Assembly: GCA_964016885.1 (NCBI GenBank)
Contig: OZ024740.1
Coordinates: forward strand, 366,420,001 to 366,484,000
Source of the DNA: Eledone cirrhosa
Lineage: Eukaryota
Reading direction: 5' to 3'
Length of the DNA: 64,000 nt
Shown: positions 49,683 through 62,752 of the stretch, piece by piece
Layout: each line of letters starts with the position of its first letter
How positions within the stretch are numbered: the first letter of the stretch is position 1
The notes under the pieces: model-generated
What the model was told of the DNA's origin: nothing
Seen by the model: only the letters and a program-made list of their open reading frames with translations
Database searches by the model: none
Made by a program: the position numbers and the translations under genes

Positions 49683-50914
49683 AAATGTTAAAAGAAAGAA
49701 TATGAGAAATAGGAAGAGAAGTAAAACGAGTTTGAAGTAAGATAGCAATAAAGGAACAAATGATTATTATATAAAACTGAGAAAGTGACTAGAAAAACAA
49801 ACATATGAATACAGAAACACTTAAAAATATATATAAAGATATATGTAGTTGATGGGAAGCCATTTTGTACATAACAAAAGAAAACAATAAAAATATAATC
49901 ACTCAGATAAAATTTGAAATTCCCATTTTTAAAAGTTATTTCTCAATTTCCTTATATTTCGTTGCCTTCTGTTTTCTTTGAATTCTTATCAATGCATTTA
50001 ACATGAAGAATTTTTTAACGACAAATCAGGTTCACTATGGGTTGTCAAAATAAAGTTTTTCATTTTTATTTTATAAGGATTTGATGGGTAATGGTGGTAG
50101 AATAGGAATTTTTAAAAAGATTTTCTTTAACTTTATACATATTATATAAGTGTTCATACTAGTATGTTGTGTATTTAAATAAATATATGTATGTGTATGT
50201 TTTTATGTTTGGATGTCTATGTTTATATGATATTGACAGTGAATAGAAAAACATGTCAATGTTGCCTGAATCAAGCCCATCACTGACAAAACTTTAATAT
50301 CAATGTAAACAATTTAAATATATATCTTAGTCTCTGTATTGAATCCTTTATTTAGTCAATGTTTCTAATATTTATGTATTTAAAAACACTAATCTTTAAC
50401 TGTATATTTGTGTGTGTGTATGCTTATATCATGTGTATCCCAATTTTTTAATAGGTATGCCATATGTGTGTTGTAAAAGGTGACTAGAAGAGTTGGTGTT
50501 AAGAAAGACATCTGACAGTAAAACATTGCCTCAAAATATTCTGTCTAACCCATACCAGCATAGGAGTGTTGTATGTATTTATATCTACATCTTTTTCAGG
50601 ATATAGCAGTCCACTTCAAGCTTTTTCCATTCCTTCCCGTCTATTGAAAAGGCTAAAAGGACAAAAAGATCTTATTCATAAGAAAGCCCAGTAAACACTC
50701 ATGCTCCCTTGATGATGACCAGTTGTACGGGTGTTTCTATAAAAGGTTGTCTTCTTAAACTAATGAAACCTTTTTCACATTATAGCAATGAACCAGCTGT
50801 TGGCTTTTGACCCACTTGCCTTGTGTTTGTTTGGTACCATCCATTGAGGAGTTACATGTTTAAATTCATTACATACTACTGGGTCATTTCTGTGTAATTC
50901 AGGACAATTTACGT

Positions 50915-51408
50915 CAGATGTCTGGCATAAAGCTCCGACATCTGGCATAAAGTTCCGATATCTGGCATAAAGGTCCGATATCTGGCATAAAGCTCCGACA
51001 TCTCGCATAAAATTCCTATATCTGGCATAAAGCTCCGACAACTGGCATAAAGTTCCGATATCTGGCACAAAACTCCGATATCTGGCATAAAGTTCCGATA
51101 TCTGGCACAAAACTCCGATATCTGGCATAAAGTTCCGACATCAGGCATAAAGTCCTGATATCTGGCATAAAGCTCTGACAACTGGCATAAAGTTCCGATA
51201 TCTGGCATAAAGTTCTGACGTCTGGCACAAAGTTCTGATATCTGGCATAAAGCCCTGACATCTGGCATAAAGCTCTGACATTTGGCATAAAGTTCCCATA
51301 TCTGGCATAAAGCTCCGACATCTCGCATAAAGTTCCAATATCTGGCATAAAGCTCCGATATCTAGCATAAAGCTCTGATATCTGGCATAAATCTCCGACG
51401 TCTGGCAA
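50915..51408. repeat. 20-bp minisatellite (TCTGGCATAAAGTTCCGATA)n, ~24 units
   Basis: Directly visible contiguous units with no spacers. Confidence 0.96.
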
Positions 51409-51597
51409 CAGACTTGGTAGATGCCCACAAGATTATTAATCATCTTTCCAACAACCCTGAGTAACTTTTTGAATTCCATATGTCTAACATATGTGGACAT
51501 GCTTACAAAGTCAGAAAACAGTACAGCTCCCATGACTTTCGGAAACATCTTTTCACGCTCAGAGTTGCTGCATCAGTTGTTAGCTGTTGGGACACTG

Positions 51598-51676
51598 CAT
51601 CCTTCAAAACCTCCTTACTTCCTGAAATTTGCCAAAACTACACCTGATATTCCTCTTCCATACACACACATGCATA

Positions 51677-51712
<36 letters not shown>

Positions 51713-51828
51713 TGTGTGTATATCATGACTCAAACACTGTTCACTTTCCTGACATTTGTACATTATTCTATGTACTATACATGCACCTTTAATGAATACC
51801 TGAGCACTGTACACAATAATTTTCATTA
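51598..51828 (+). mobile_element. Dispersed repeat, probable L2/CR1-type 3' end (second copy inverted at 58600-58812)
   Basis: Shared CACTGTTCACTTTCCTGACATTTGTA...CCTGAGCACTGTACAC plus (ATT)n-like tail. Confidence 0.55.
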
Positions 51829-52890
51829 TTTATTGTCATGGTCAAGGCAATTTAGTAATACTGTTTGCTATTCAATCCTTGTAGGTACCTCTGTTCAAGT
51901 AGTAAAATGAGGAAAGGCTTTGCACAGAGCCAGTCCCACTCTCTGATCATCGAATGCATTTGCCCAAAAAGAAGAACCTGAAGTCGCAGGTTTATATCAG
52001 AGTGACCTTCTCCTAAAGAGATGTCTTAATGAAGACTATGAGTCTTTCGCTAAAAAAAATAAAAGAAACAAAAAAAAAACATACATACATCTCCTACTAC
52101 TACTGGATTATCCTCAATAAATCATTAATCTTTACCTAAATATTGATTACTCATTCATGTATATTTATCAATAGTAATGACTATAGATGTATATATGCAT
52201 GCATATATATTTACATATACAATATATATATAGACATACAGACAGGCACACACTCATACACACATATGAATACATGTACGGATGTATGTATGTATCTGTG
52301 AATGTGTGTATGTATGTATGCATGTGTGTATGTATGTATGTATCTGTGAATGTGTGTATGTATGTATGCATGTGTGTATGTATGTATGTATCTGTGAATG
52401 TGTGTATGTATATACATATATATGTATGTATATACATATATATGTATGTGTATGTATGCATGTATGTATGTATCTATGTATGTATGTATGTATGTATGTA
52501 TGTATGTATGTATGTATGTATGTATGTGTGTGTGTGTATCTATGTGTGTATGTATGTATAATATGTCTTTTGTTTTGTTCAGACAGTGATTGTTCTCGAA
52601 AGACATTGATATTTTTCTTAGAACATTGTCTATGCTTCAGGAGATGATTCATCTCTGTTTTTGTTGTGATAGTTGTTGTTGTTGTTGGTGATATTCTCAG
52701 AATAATTTCTATGTTGTTGACATTATTGCTGCTATATTTGTTGTAATTGTGTATCTTTATTGTTGTTTTTATCATTGCCATCCTCATCATATTTAATATC
52801 ATCATCACCATCTATCTTGTCATTAATTTTATTGATTTAACAATCTGTTGTTCTATATATTCATTGATTGTGTATTTGTGTGTGTGTTTA

Positions 52891-53185
<295 letters not shown>

Positions 53186-53282
53186 CATATTTAAAGGTTA
53201 AACAAGGTTCAATGAATAAATCAAAGAATGAGTTTTACAATAGATTGGAAGCACTCAACAGATGGGTTTTCCGGAGTTACTA

Positions 53283-53632
53283 ATATTAATTCAAAATATT
53301 AACAAAAATAAACATTCGTGTGATCAAGTATATTTTATTATACATATTTCAGAGGTACTGAGCTATCTTCAACAGTACGTCCTAATCAGATAAAATAAGA
53401 TGATGCATGACATACCCTGACATAGTAGATGGTTAAGATTCAGTCATGGTAGTGAATATTCACTACCATGACTGAATCTTAACCATCTACTATGTCAGGG
53501 TATGTCATGCATCATCTTATTTTATCTGATTAGGACGTACTGTTGAAGATAGCTCAGTACCTCTGAAATATGTATAATAAAATATACTTGATCACACAAA
53601 TGCCTATTTTTATTAATATTTTGAATTAATAT
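53283..53632. repeat. 350-bp spacerless palindrome with a hammerhead-like motif in each arm
   Basis: Centre AGTGAAT|ATTCACT at 53457/53458. Confidence 0.92.
53518..53584 (+). ncRNA. Hammerhead-like motif with G8U core change (mirror copy on minus strand 53331-53397)
   Basis: TATTTTAT-CTGATTA-GGA c GTACTG..CAGTAC c TCT-GAAA-TATGTA-TA-ATAAAATA. Confidence 0.65.
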
Positions 53633-53656
53633 ATAAACATATATATATATATATTG

Positions 53657-53883
53657 ACAATATATTAACAAATGGAAACTATATTTATAAAACCATATTT
53701 ATTTTATTATACATATTTCAAGGACACCAAAGCAAATTATGGTGCGCTTTCATCAGATAAAACTGATCTATATTATATATTATCTGATGAAAACGCACCA
53801 TAATTTGCTTTGGTGTCCTTGAAATATGTATAATGAAATAAATATGGTTTTATAAATATAGTTTCCATTTGTTAATATATTGT
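53657..53883. repeat. Inverted repeat with a hammerhead in each arm
   Basis: 53657-53760 mirrors 53780-53883, with a short TA-rich spacer. Confidence 0.9.
53702..53762 (-). ncRNA. Type I hammerhead ribozyme motif (mirror copy on plus strand 53780-53836)
   Basis: TTTTAT-CTGATGA-AAG c GCACCA..TGGTGT c CTT-GAAA-TATGTA-TA-ATAAAA. Confidence 0.78.
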
Positions 53884-55997
53884 ATTTTTACTCCAATAAT
53901 TTGTTGAGTGCTTTATATCAGTTATAAAAATATTTGCTTGTTGTATCCCAACAAATTAAATATAACTTCTACATATATATATATATAATGGAGGAAATGT
54001 GGTAAGGAACCAGGTAGACCATAACGCACCAAAGTACTCAATACTTAGGGTAGTAGAGTGGGTAATAATTTTGAGATAGAGCGTCCGTGATGTTTGCTCT
54101 GAATTATTTTTGAAAAGCATTTAGAAATGCGCAACCGATAAAACTTAAAACCAAAACTGAATACTAACCAATACAATTACTAATTCTCATTTATTCCTAA
54201 TTAAACTATTTTTCACTGTGAACAATTTGTCAGCATTTTCTATTCCGTTTACCAATATATAATAACTTGTGTGTTACACCTCTATTCTTTTAACTATATA
54301 TATATATATATATAGTTTAGGGATTATAACGTCCAGTTACTGTAGGTTCACCAAAGTGAGCACTCGATGCATAGTTTCCAGTAGGTATATTGGTGTTGTA
54401 GTAAGCAGAGTGTAATAATAATAATAATAATAATAATAAAAAGGATGGGGTGTTAGATCTTCATTATATTTATTGACGTCTGATGTGCGTTTTATGATTG
54501 ATCAGCTCAAGGCTCAATCTGTATCGATCTGGCTCCACTCTAGAATCAAAAACTTGTTGGACTTCTGTTATGGTAATGAATTGGAATGGTGGGAGGGGGG
54601 GGGGGAGAAAATAGGAAAGTGACATAGTAGGAAGGGTAATAGAAAAGAAATAGTAATAGTAATGGAAAGTGAAAGGGAAGAGATAGCAAGTGATGTTTGG
54701 TGGAGTGGTGGAAAAGAATGATCACTGGTAATATATAGAGGCTGGTGGTGCTTTTGGTCATTTCACCACCATCACCATCACCATCTTACTTAGTCGACTG
54801 GGTGTTCTTTTGTTGTGGCACCACTATGACTACCTTACAGGCTGTACTGGCTGATAATTTATAAAAATCAACTCGAAATATTAAATTTCAGTGGATGTTA
54901 TCACTTTTTAAATGAAATATTTTTGTTTATTATTTTTTTTATTAGTAAAATATTTTATATATTTTTTAAAAGAGGATTTGATATATATCAATGTTAGGTT
55001 AAATTTTTAATTTCTTAATTATTAAAAGCTTTTTGTATAATTGAGGAAATCCTCATTTAGTTGCTTATTGAAGTATTTTATGACTAAAAATATTTATGAA
55101 GATAATGGTTAATTAAATCGATTTTTTAGAAGGTCGATGATAAGATTTTAGAGTACTTAAATTATCATAGTAGTTAAATTGTGAATTTCTAATGTGTTTT
55201 TCTAAATCGTAGTGCTATTGAGCTTTTAAATTCATGAAAAGAATTTATCAGATTTCTGTTGGATGTTGGTAAATATAAATATCATATTGTATATAGATAT
55301 TCAAATATTTTTATTCCCATTTTCATATAAAATTTTTATTACTCATTATCCTTAGATTTAAATATAGTTTTATATTTTTATAATTGATAAAATAGGAGGT
55401 GTATAATTATCATCATTTTAAATCTGCTTTATATGCTGGCATAGGTTAGATGGGTTGTCATGGTTTGAGATTGAATGAGCTGGGAACTTTTTTTTCCTTG
55501 AACATTCCATTTTTAGCATGGTTTCTGTGGTTAGGCGATCTTCTAAATGCCAACCACTTTATAGAATGTACTGGGTGTATTCATTATATTATGGCTCTGG
55601 TACGAAAGAAGTTGTTATATCCTCACCAGAATTAAAGGGATTCTTTCAATTCTACATGGTTTTAGTTGGGTTGCTATTGGGTGTACTGGGTGTATTTCGT
55701 CATGGTATCAGCACTAGTGAGTTTTCCTTGGGACCCAAAAGACTAAAATGTATTCACTACCCTATGTTGTCTCCATTCAATGAAGGCAATGTAACTCAGA
55801 GAGAGGATAGAAGAAACAGCAATGATGGAAAGACCATAGTGAGAGGATGAGGTGTGTGAAAGTATATTGAGAGAGACAAGACAGTGTTAACTGGATTGAA
55901 TGGATGGTTGTGAGGGATGGAAGAGGAGAGAGACAGTGAAAGAGGGAATAATAGAAGAGTTCAAGAATGGGAGTAGAGAGGCGTAGGGTGTGGAAAG

Positions 55998-56043
<46 letters not shown>

Positions 56044-56328
56044 CCACTCGTAATTGCATGAGTAAAAATATATATCTATGTATGATATGGAAATGTATTT
56101 ATGTGTGTGTATATATATATATTTATGTATGTGTATGTGTGTATATATATATATGGATATGTATGTGTGTGTGTATGTGTGTATATATATATGTGTGTTT
56201 GTGTATGTGTGTATATATATATGTGTGTTTGTGTGTGTGCATATGTGAGTATATGTGTATGAGTGTTTATATATGAGTGTGTGTACATGTATGAGGTGTG
56301 TACATACACACATATATATATGTGTGTG

Positions 56329-56361
<33 letters not shown>

Positions 56362-56370
56362 GTATATATG

Positions 56371-56403
<33 letters not shown>

Positions 56404-57164
56404 GTATATATGTATATATATATATATGTATATATGTGGGTATAGGTGTGTATGTGTTGATATAGATATGTATGGATATGTGTGTATATGATTATGTGCA
56501 CATGTGTAAATGTGTATTTAGGTTTGCATCTATTTGTGCGTATGTATATTTTTGGTTGGATATCAATATAACTGTACCTCTCTATATATAGTGTGGATAT
56601 ATGCACTTTGTAATCTATGAAATTTATGTGTTTTAACTATGCCAACATGTATTTATCTGAGTTTGATTATTTATACATAAACATACTTGATAGTAATTTA
56701 GAGCGTATCATATGCTATATTATACTAAGTGCAATTTACCACACCGTACTATATTGTGTTGGTTATGTTGTATATTATCACATTACTGTATTTCATTATC
56801 TTATTATAATTTTCATCTTTTAATATACTATCTTTCCTAGCCATAAACTTAATTTATATTCACCTAAAAACTTAATACAACACTAATCACCATTTATTTT
56901 TATTTTTACATTCCTTTTAAACTTCACTATACCAGATACATTCAACTATCAGTTTGACATCCCTTTCCTCCTAATAGATTTGTATGCCAATTCTACTATT
57001 AACACCATTCAACCACTCCTTTCAAAGGGTCATGACCTCAACTAAAGTGTATTACTTTTCATCTTAACACCATATGAAAAAAACAATTTGATTGGTTAGT
57101 TCTTCAACTACCTCCAAATAAGGATATGATACTAACATACTACTAATTCTGAATAAAATTATTA

Positions 57165-57300
57165 TTGCTTTTGAAAACAGCTGGTGATATGCATGTAAGT
57201 AAATATTCTCTTTATCTGATATTTTGTAACTAACCTTACATAGATCAATAACGGAGTATAGCTACAATGTATTATCACCTAGAAACGATCGTAAAGCAGT
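57165..57300 (+). ncRNA. Decayed hammerhead-like motif with very long stem II
   Basis: TTGCTT-TTGAAAA(CTGAAGA mutated)...GGTGATA..TATCACC ta-GAAA-CGATCG-TA-AAGCAG. Confidence 0.4.
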
Positions 57301-57349
57301 GAAGTATATCTCTAATGACTTGATTTTTTATTTCATTGTTTTAACTTAT

Positions 57350-57765
57350 ATCATCATCATCATCATCATCATCGTTTAACGTCCATATTCCACGCTTGCA
57401 TGGCTTTGGATGGGAGTTTTCCCACTTGATGCAAGAGTGGTTGTCTTGCTCGCATAGGACTGTCTGGCGGGTTTTCTACGGCTGGATGCCCTTCCTAACA
57501 CCAACCCCATTTACAGTGTGGAACTGGGAGGGTTTTACTGTGTTACCTACATGGCCACATTACAGCGTGGACTGTGTGTGTTTTTGTCGTGACACCTACA
57601 CGACCTCATCTGTTTCGGGCTGGATGTTGTGGTACCAACATAACTTTACATTGAAAGGGGTGGTGTGGATGGGGTGGGGGTAGTGGGACGGGGGGTGTAT
57701 TTTGTTAGAGGTGCCTACTGACTGTAGTAGGTTTCACTTTGTACTTAGGTAAGGCGGCTCTTCTC
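57350..57765 (-). mobile_element. RTE 3'UTR fragment
   Basis: Reverse complement of 40215-40638 / 11350-11750. Confidence 0.88.
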
Positions 57766-58414
57766 TATTATATATATATATATATATATAAATGAGAAGT
57801 GGGTTTTAGGGAGAAAGAGTGATGGCTAGCAGAGAAGAGGGCATAGTGATTGGATGTATGGGTGGAAGTACATAGCTGGGGAAGGAGTAGAGACACAATA
57901 GCATCAGGGTGCAGCACTATAGACCATATAGCCAAAGGTTGAATTCTTATTATTGATATTTTATTATATCAATATGTACAATGTACATATTAATATAACT
58001 CTACAAAAATCCAGTCTCCACTTCTGCTTCATAGTGTAGTGGTTAGCAATAAAAAGGGACTCAAGTATTAAAGAATAAAAAGTAAAAAGGAAATACATGT
58101 AAAATACAAAAAAAAAGAAGAAAATGTAAAAATAATGGATGAGGATATAATTGTTTCTGCTTTTGGCACAAGGCCAGCAATTATCCCAGTGTATTACTGG
58201 TACTGGCCTTGTGCCAAAAGTAGAAACAATTATATCCTCATCCATTATTTTTACATTTTCTTCTTTTTTTTTTGTATTTTACATAATCACTTTGCTATGA
58301 ATATTTGACCAACTGTCCTATCTTCACACCATTAAATTCTTTATGGTTACAATGTGATGTAGCCAGAGTATGTACTGCCTAGAGCAGCCCTTGAGTTGTG
58401 CTACTCATAATAAT

Positions 58415-58588
58415 AATTGTTTCTACTTTTGGCACAAGGTCAGCAATTACCCAGTACATTACTGGTACTTTATTTTATCGACCCCGTAAGGACGAAAGGC
58501 AAAGTTAACTTCGGCGGGATTTGAACTCAGACCTTAAATGGGCGTAACTCTATGCTGCAAATCCACCGATGCTGCCAATCCACCGCCC
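58415..58588 (-). mobile_element. SINE family A
   Basis: Reverse complement of the family A consensus. Confidence 0.85.
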
Positions 58589-59539
58589 TCATAATAATAA
58601 TAAATAGTGTACAGTGCTCAGGTGCACTACAACTTATCAAAGGTACATGTATAGCACATAGAGTAATCTACAAATGTCAGGAAAGTGAACAGTGTATGAG
58701 TTATGATATATGCACAGACACAGATACACATACATGTGTGTGTGTATGGAGGGGGAATATCAGGTGTAGTGTTGACGAATTTTGGGAAAAATAGAAGTTT
58801 TGAAGGATGCTTCAACATACTCAAATATATACTTGAAACCCAAAAATGTTGCCCACACGAAAGTGTTGGCTGGGGTAGGCTGCTCCCATCACTGCCCAAC
58901 CTCTAGATAAGCTGCTGGCTATGATCCTAGTGTAGTTATGTGTCTTTGGGCATTTATCCATTTTATTAAAGTCTAAATGTATAGGTAATTAAGTTTTTTC
59001 TATCAAACTATAATTTGAATAGATAAAACAGATAAATACTAGATTTGTTTTTACAGTAAATCTAGTATTGAATGCACTGTTGTATATACAATATTCATAC
59101 ATAGTGGAATGACTACTTGTGTCTGAGTATGGCCACTGCAGAAAAAAAAAAAAGCCATATAGACAAGGCCCAAAACATGTTATTGATGTTGTTGTTACTG
59201 ATGCCACCTTAGATGGTTCTTCAAACCAGGGAGTGACTTACATTCCATACCACACAGTGTGCAGTTAAGTTTCCCACATGATTGAGTCTGGTTGGTATGT
59301 CACGCCTTGTGGTACTGTGTTGCCCACTTGCAGAGTAACACATTTTGGTGCAGATACCACATAGAAAATCAAGGTGTATGGGGTACTCAAAGCTGTTATT
59401 TCCATGAGATTGACGTCTGCTATGGTTTAGTTGCCCAGCCTTTAACAAACATACATGTCTATATTCCTCACAGGTAAGTAGTGTTTCTTTCAAACCTCAT
59501 TCTGGGAGCTGACTAACATTCCTCATATATTTAGCTACT

Positions 59540-59840
59540 CACTTCACTTCGGCATAAGCCCTCTGCTTCTTTTCAAATTCCTCAACACCAGTAGCAATGA
59601 GATTTCACCACTGGGTTCTATCAGTTGCAAGATTTTCCCATGGTTCCGTGTTGATATTGACATCCTGCAAATTATCTTTCAGGTAGTCTTTGAAGCGCTT
59701 ATGTGGTTTGCACCATAAGCGTTTGCCTTGCAACAGTTCACCATACAAAACTTGCTTGGGGATTCTGCTGTCATTTAGGCATACTATATGACCTGTCCAG
59801 TAGAAGTGTTGCTTCAAGATCATGCTCTCGATGCTTGGCC
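59540..59840 (-). pseudogene. Old RTE/BovB-like LINE 3' coding remnant
   Basis: SIESMILKQHFYWTGHIVCLNDSRIPKQVLYGELLQGKR..KRFKDYLK..WENLATDRTQW. Confidence 0.75.
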
Positions 59841-60025
59841 ATAGGCATGTATGTACATACGAAGGGTATCTGGCTATAAAACATTGCCTCAAACAGAATC
59901 ATCCAGCTCATGCTGGCATAGAAAATTTGAAATAAAAACGATGATGATTATGATGATGATGTACATATTTATATATATATATATATATATATTGGAAAAT
60001 GTGTGTAATCCTTGGTACAGTTAGG

Positions 60026-60508
60026 TATATTGAGACAGGGGGGAAGAAAAAAATGGCTTCACTTGTGCTTTCAACAAATTTATTTTCTTCACAAAATCCC
60101 AAAAGAATTTTTTTCCAGATTAGAAAAAATTAAAAAGAAAAAAAAATTTTTTATAAATGGGGAGAAAAAAAAAAAAAAAGGTGGGGAGAAAAAAAACAAA
60201 CAAAAACAAACCCCACCGCACCACAAACATGTTAAATCCCTATATATAGAACAATACACCACATACACATCAGTTTGACAAGCGCACCTCAGCGTGAAAG
60301 GTCTTTCTAAAAAACGAAACAATACCTCCTACGTTAACCAAGAACTCCTAAGACCTAACCAACAACCAACGACTCAATTTATAAAAAATTTTTATTTTTT
60401 TTAATTTTTTCTAATCCGGAAAAAAATTCTTTTTGGATTTTGTGAAGAAAATAAATTTGTTGAAAGCACAAGTGAAGCCATTTTTTTCTTCCCCCCTGTC
60501 TCAATATA
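60026..60508. repeat. Inverted repeat (~130-bp arms, ~220-bp spacer) between (TA)n tracts
   Basis: 60026-60158 mirrors 60377-60508. Confidence 0.85.
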
Positions 60509-60517
60509 TATATATAT

Positions 60518-60898
60518 CATCATTCATCATCATTTCATTTTACGTCCGCTTTTCCCTGCTTGCAAGGGTGGGACGGGAACTGATTCTGGCTTGATTTCTA
60601 CAGCTGGATGCCCTTCCTAACACCAACCTCATTTACAGTGAGTGCTGGGTGCTTTTTAGCCGTGGGACCTCCACGACCACTTTACAGTGTAGGCTGGGTG
60701 CTTTTTTGCCGTGGCACCTCCACGACCACTTTACAGTGGAATCATAGGGACCCCAGTCCCTATCATCTCATTTCTACAGCTGAGTAAACTGGAGCAATGT
60801 GAAATAAAGTGTCTTGCTCAAGGAAACAACACATCACCCGGTCTGAGAATTGAACTCACAACCTTTCGATTGCAACTAACCACTAAGCCATGTGCTCC
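60518..60898 (-). mobile_element. SINE family B with internal duplication
   Basis: Reverse complement of 35667-36000. Confidence 0.88.
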
Positions 60899-61234
60899 AT
60901 ATATATACACACATATTGTTAACAGGGAAAACAGGTATTAATTAATGATCATGTTCATGAAGATATATACATATATAGAGGATAAAAATCTCTTTCAGTT
61001 ATGAATGACCAAGGGTTTTGCACCTAGTTCCCCTGCAAGGCACAAGCCTGAGTAAGGTGTTTTGTGGAAAATCAATCACCCATGCATACCAGCCCCCCCC
61101 CCCCCCCTTCACACCACTGATATTGTCCAAGTTAAAGGTCAATACAACTTGGCACTAGTTTCATTGCAACTAATTTCTGCAGCTGAAAGAACTGGAACAA
61201 CGTGAATCCAAATCTTTATCCACTAAGCTACGTG

Positions 61235-61289
<55 letters not shown>

Positions 61290-61772
61290 ATATATAAAAA
61301 CGAATGGATGTATATAGGTGCTTGGATGTAAACATGCATTATCTCATTATCTGTGTGAGTGCATGTGTATGGAAGCATGTACATGTCACATATGAATTAA
61401 AGATAGTTATTAAAGGAAATAAAATGTATTTTGTAATTCTGCAATTCTCTAAATTCTGTAATCCTATATAATTCCTATAATTCTATAAATCCTATAGAAA
61501 TGAACTTTTACTGGCACAAGGTTTAAATTTTTTCAAGTATTCAAGTATTATTTATAGCTGTGAAAGTAATTCCTCTAAAACTTAGCAAAATCAAATTTGC
61601 TCCAATTATTTGGACCCAGTTCTGTGAAAGTCATTGTTATCAGTCAAGGTGAGAAATAGTTTTAAACTATACAGCCAAAATTAGATTTAGTGCTTGATGT
61701 ATATCTACATACATATATACCTATGTGTAGATATATATATACACATGTGTATATATGTCGATCTGTCTGTCC

Positions 61773-61820
<48 letters not shown>

Positions 61821-62021
61821 ATTAGAGTTAAAACTCAATTGGAACCCTGTAACTATTAAGCTCAAAGTATAAATACTGAGCCGATTAATAATATATAGTA
61901 AGAAACACAGTAAACCGTGTGTCTAAAATTACAAGGGTTGAAAAACCACATTTGTTTGAAATTTTTAACCAAGAAGCAGACAGAATGATAAAATATACAA
62001 ACCGCCTCAATAACCATTATA

Positions 62022-62101
62022 TCTCTCGGACAGATTATCCCTAATCTGTTTCGCCCTGAGTGTGTTTGTAACAGATAATCCTGGGCTTCATCAGCGAGAG
62101 A
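62022..62101 (-). ncRNA. Type I hammerhead ribozyme motif, GUC site
   Basis: TCTCTCG-CTGATGA-a-GCCC..GGGC-GAAA-CAGATTA ggga TAATCTG-TC-CGAGAGA. All three stems pair perfectly. Confidence 0.9.
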
Positions 62102-62402
62102 ATCTGATTAAATGCCACAAACACTATTTGCCAACGTTCACACAGAAAGATGAATTTGTCACCTCGTGCGCCGCTAGTCAAACGTGGTAAGCGTGTATTG
62201 AATAGAAATAACAGTCCAACACACACAACTTAATAAGCTCAACTTGTGAGGGAGCAGAAATATATATGAAAATTAGAGTTAAAACTCAATTGGAACCCTG
62301 TAACTATTAAGCTCAAAGTATAAATACTGAGCCGATTAATAATATATAGTAAGAAACACAGTAAACACGTTGGCAAATAGTGTTTGTGGCATTTAATCAG
62401 AT

Positions 62403-62482
62403 TCTCTCGCTGATGAAGCCCAGGATTATCTGTTACAAACACACTCAGGGCGAAACAGATTAGGGATAAGCTGTCCGAGAGA
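62403..62482 (+). ncRNA. Type I hammerhead ribozyme motif, GUC site (one stem III mismatch)
   Basis: Mirror of 62022-62101. Confidence 0.87.
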
Positions 62483-62603
62483 TATAATGGTTATTGAGGC
62501 GGTTTGTATATTTTATCATTCTGTCTGCTTCTTGGTTAAATATTTCAAACAAATGTGGTTTTTCAACCCTTGTAATTTTAGACACACGGTTTACTGTGTT
62601 TCT

Positions 62604-62665
<62 letters not shown>

Positions 62666-62681
62666 TAAAATAACAGATTAA

Positions 62682-62732
62682 AGTTTAAGCAAAGAATCGC
62701 TGCTTTCACCCTTAACGGGATCTTCTGAAACT
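62682..62732 (-). ncRNA. Decayed hammerhead motif between (TA)n tracts
   Basis: AGTTT-CAGAAGA(U4A)-tCCC gttaa GGGt-GAAA-GCA..TGC-TT-AAACT. Confidence 0.55.
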
Positions 62733-62752
62733 AACAAAAATTTTATTATTAT

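Larger units (their letters stand above)
61810..62613. mobile_element. Second hammerhead repeat family: 451-bp unit, ~1.2 copies minus then ~0.55 copy plus, in (TA)n
   Basis: TGAAAATTAGAGTT at 61816 and 62267. Strand flip at 62366/62367. 62367-62613 mirrors 61890-62137. Confidence 0.88.

Noticed and set aside
50915-51408. Possible CRISPR array
   Set aside because: Contiguous tandem units with no unique spacers, no cas genes, and a eukaryotic context.
54470-54545. Additional minus-strand hammerhead upstream of a TCGAGTGCT motif
   Set aside because: Only stem II and an AAAACGCACATC remnant are visible. No CTGAnGA core or stem I.
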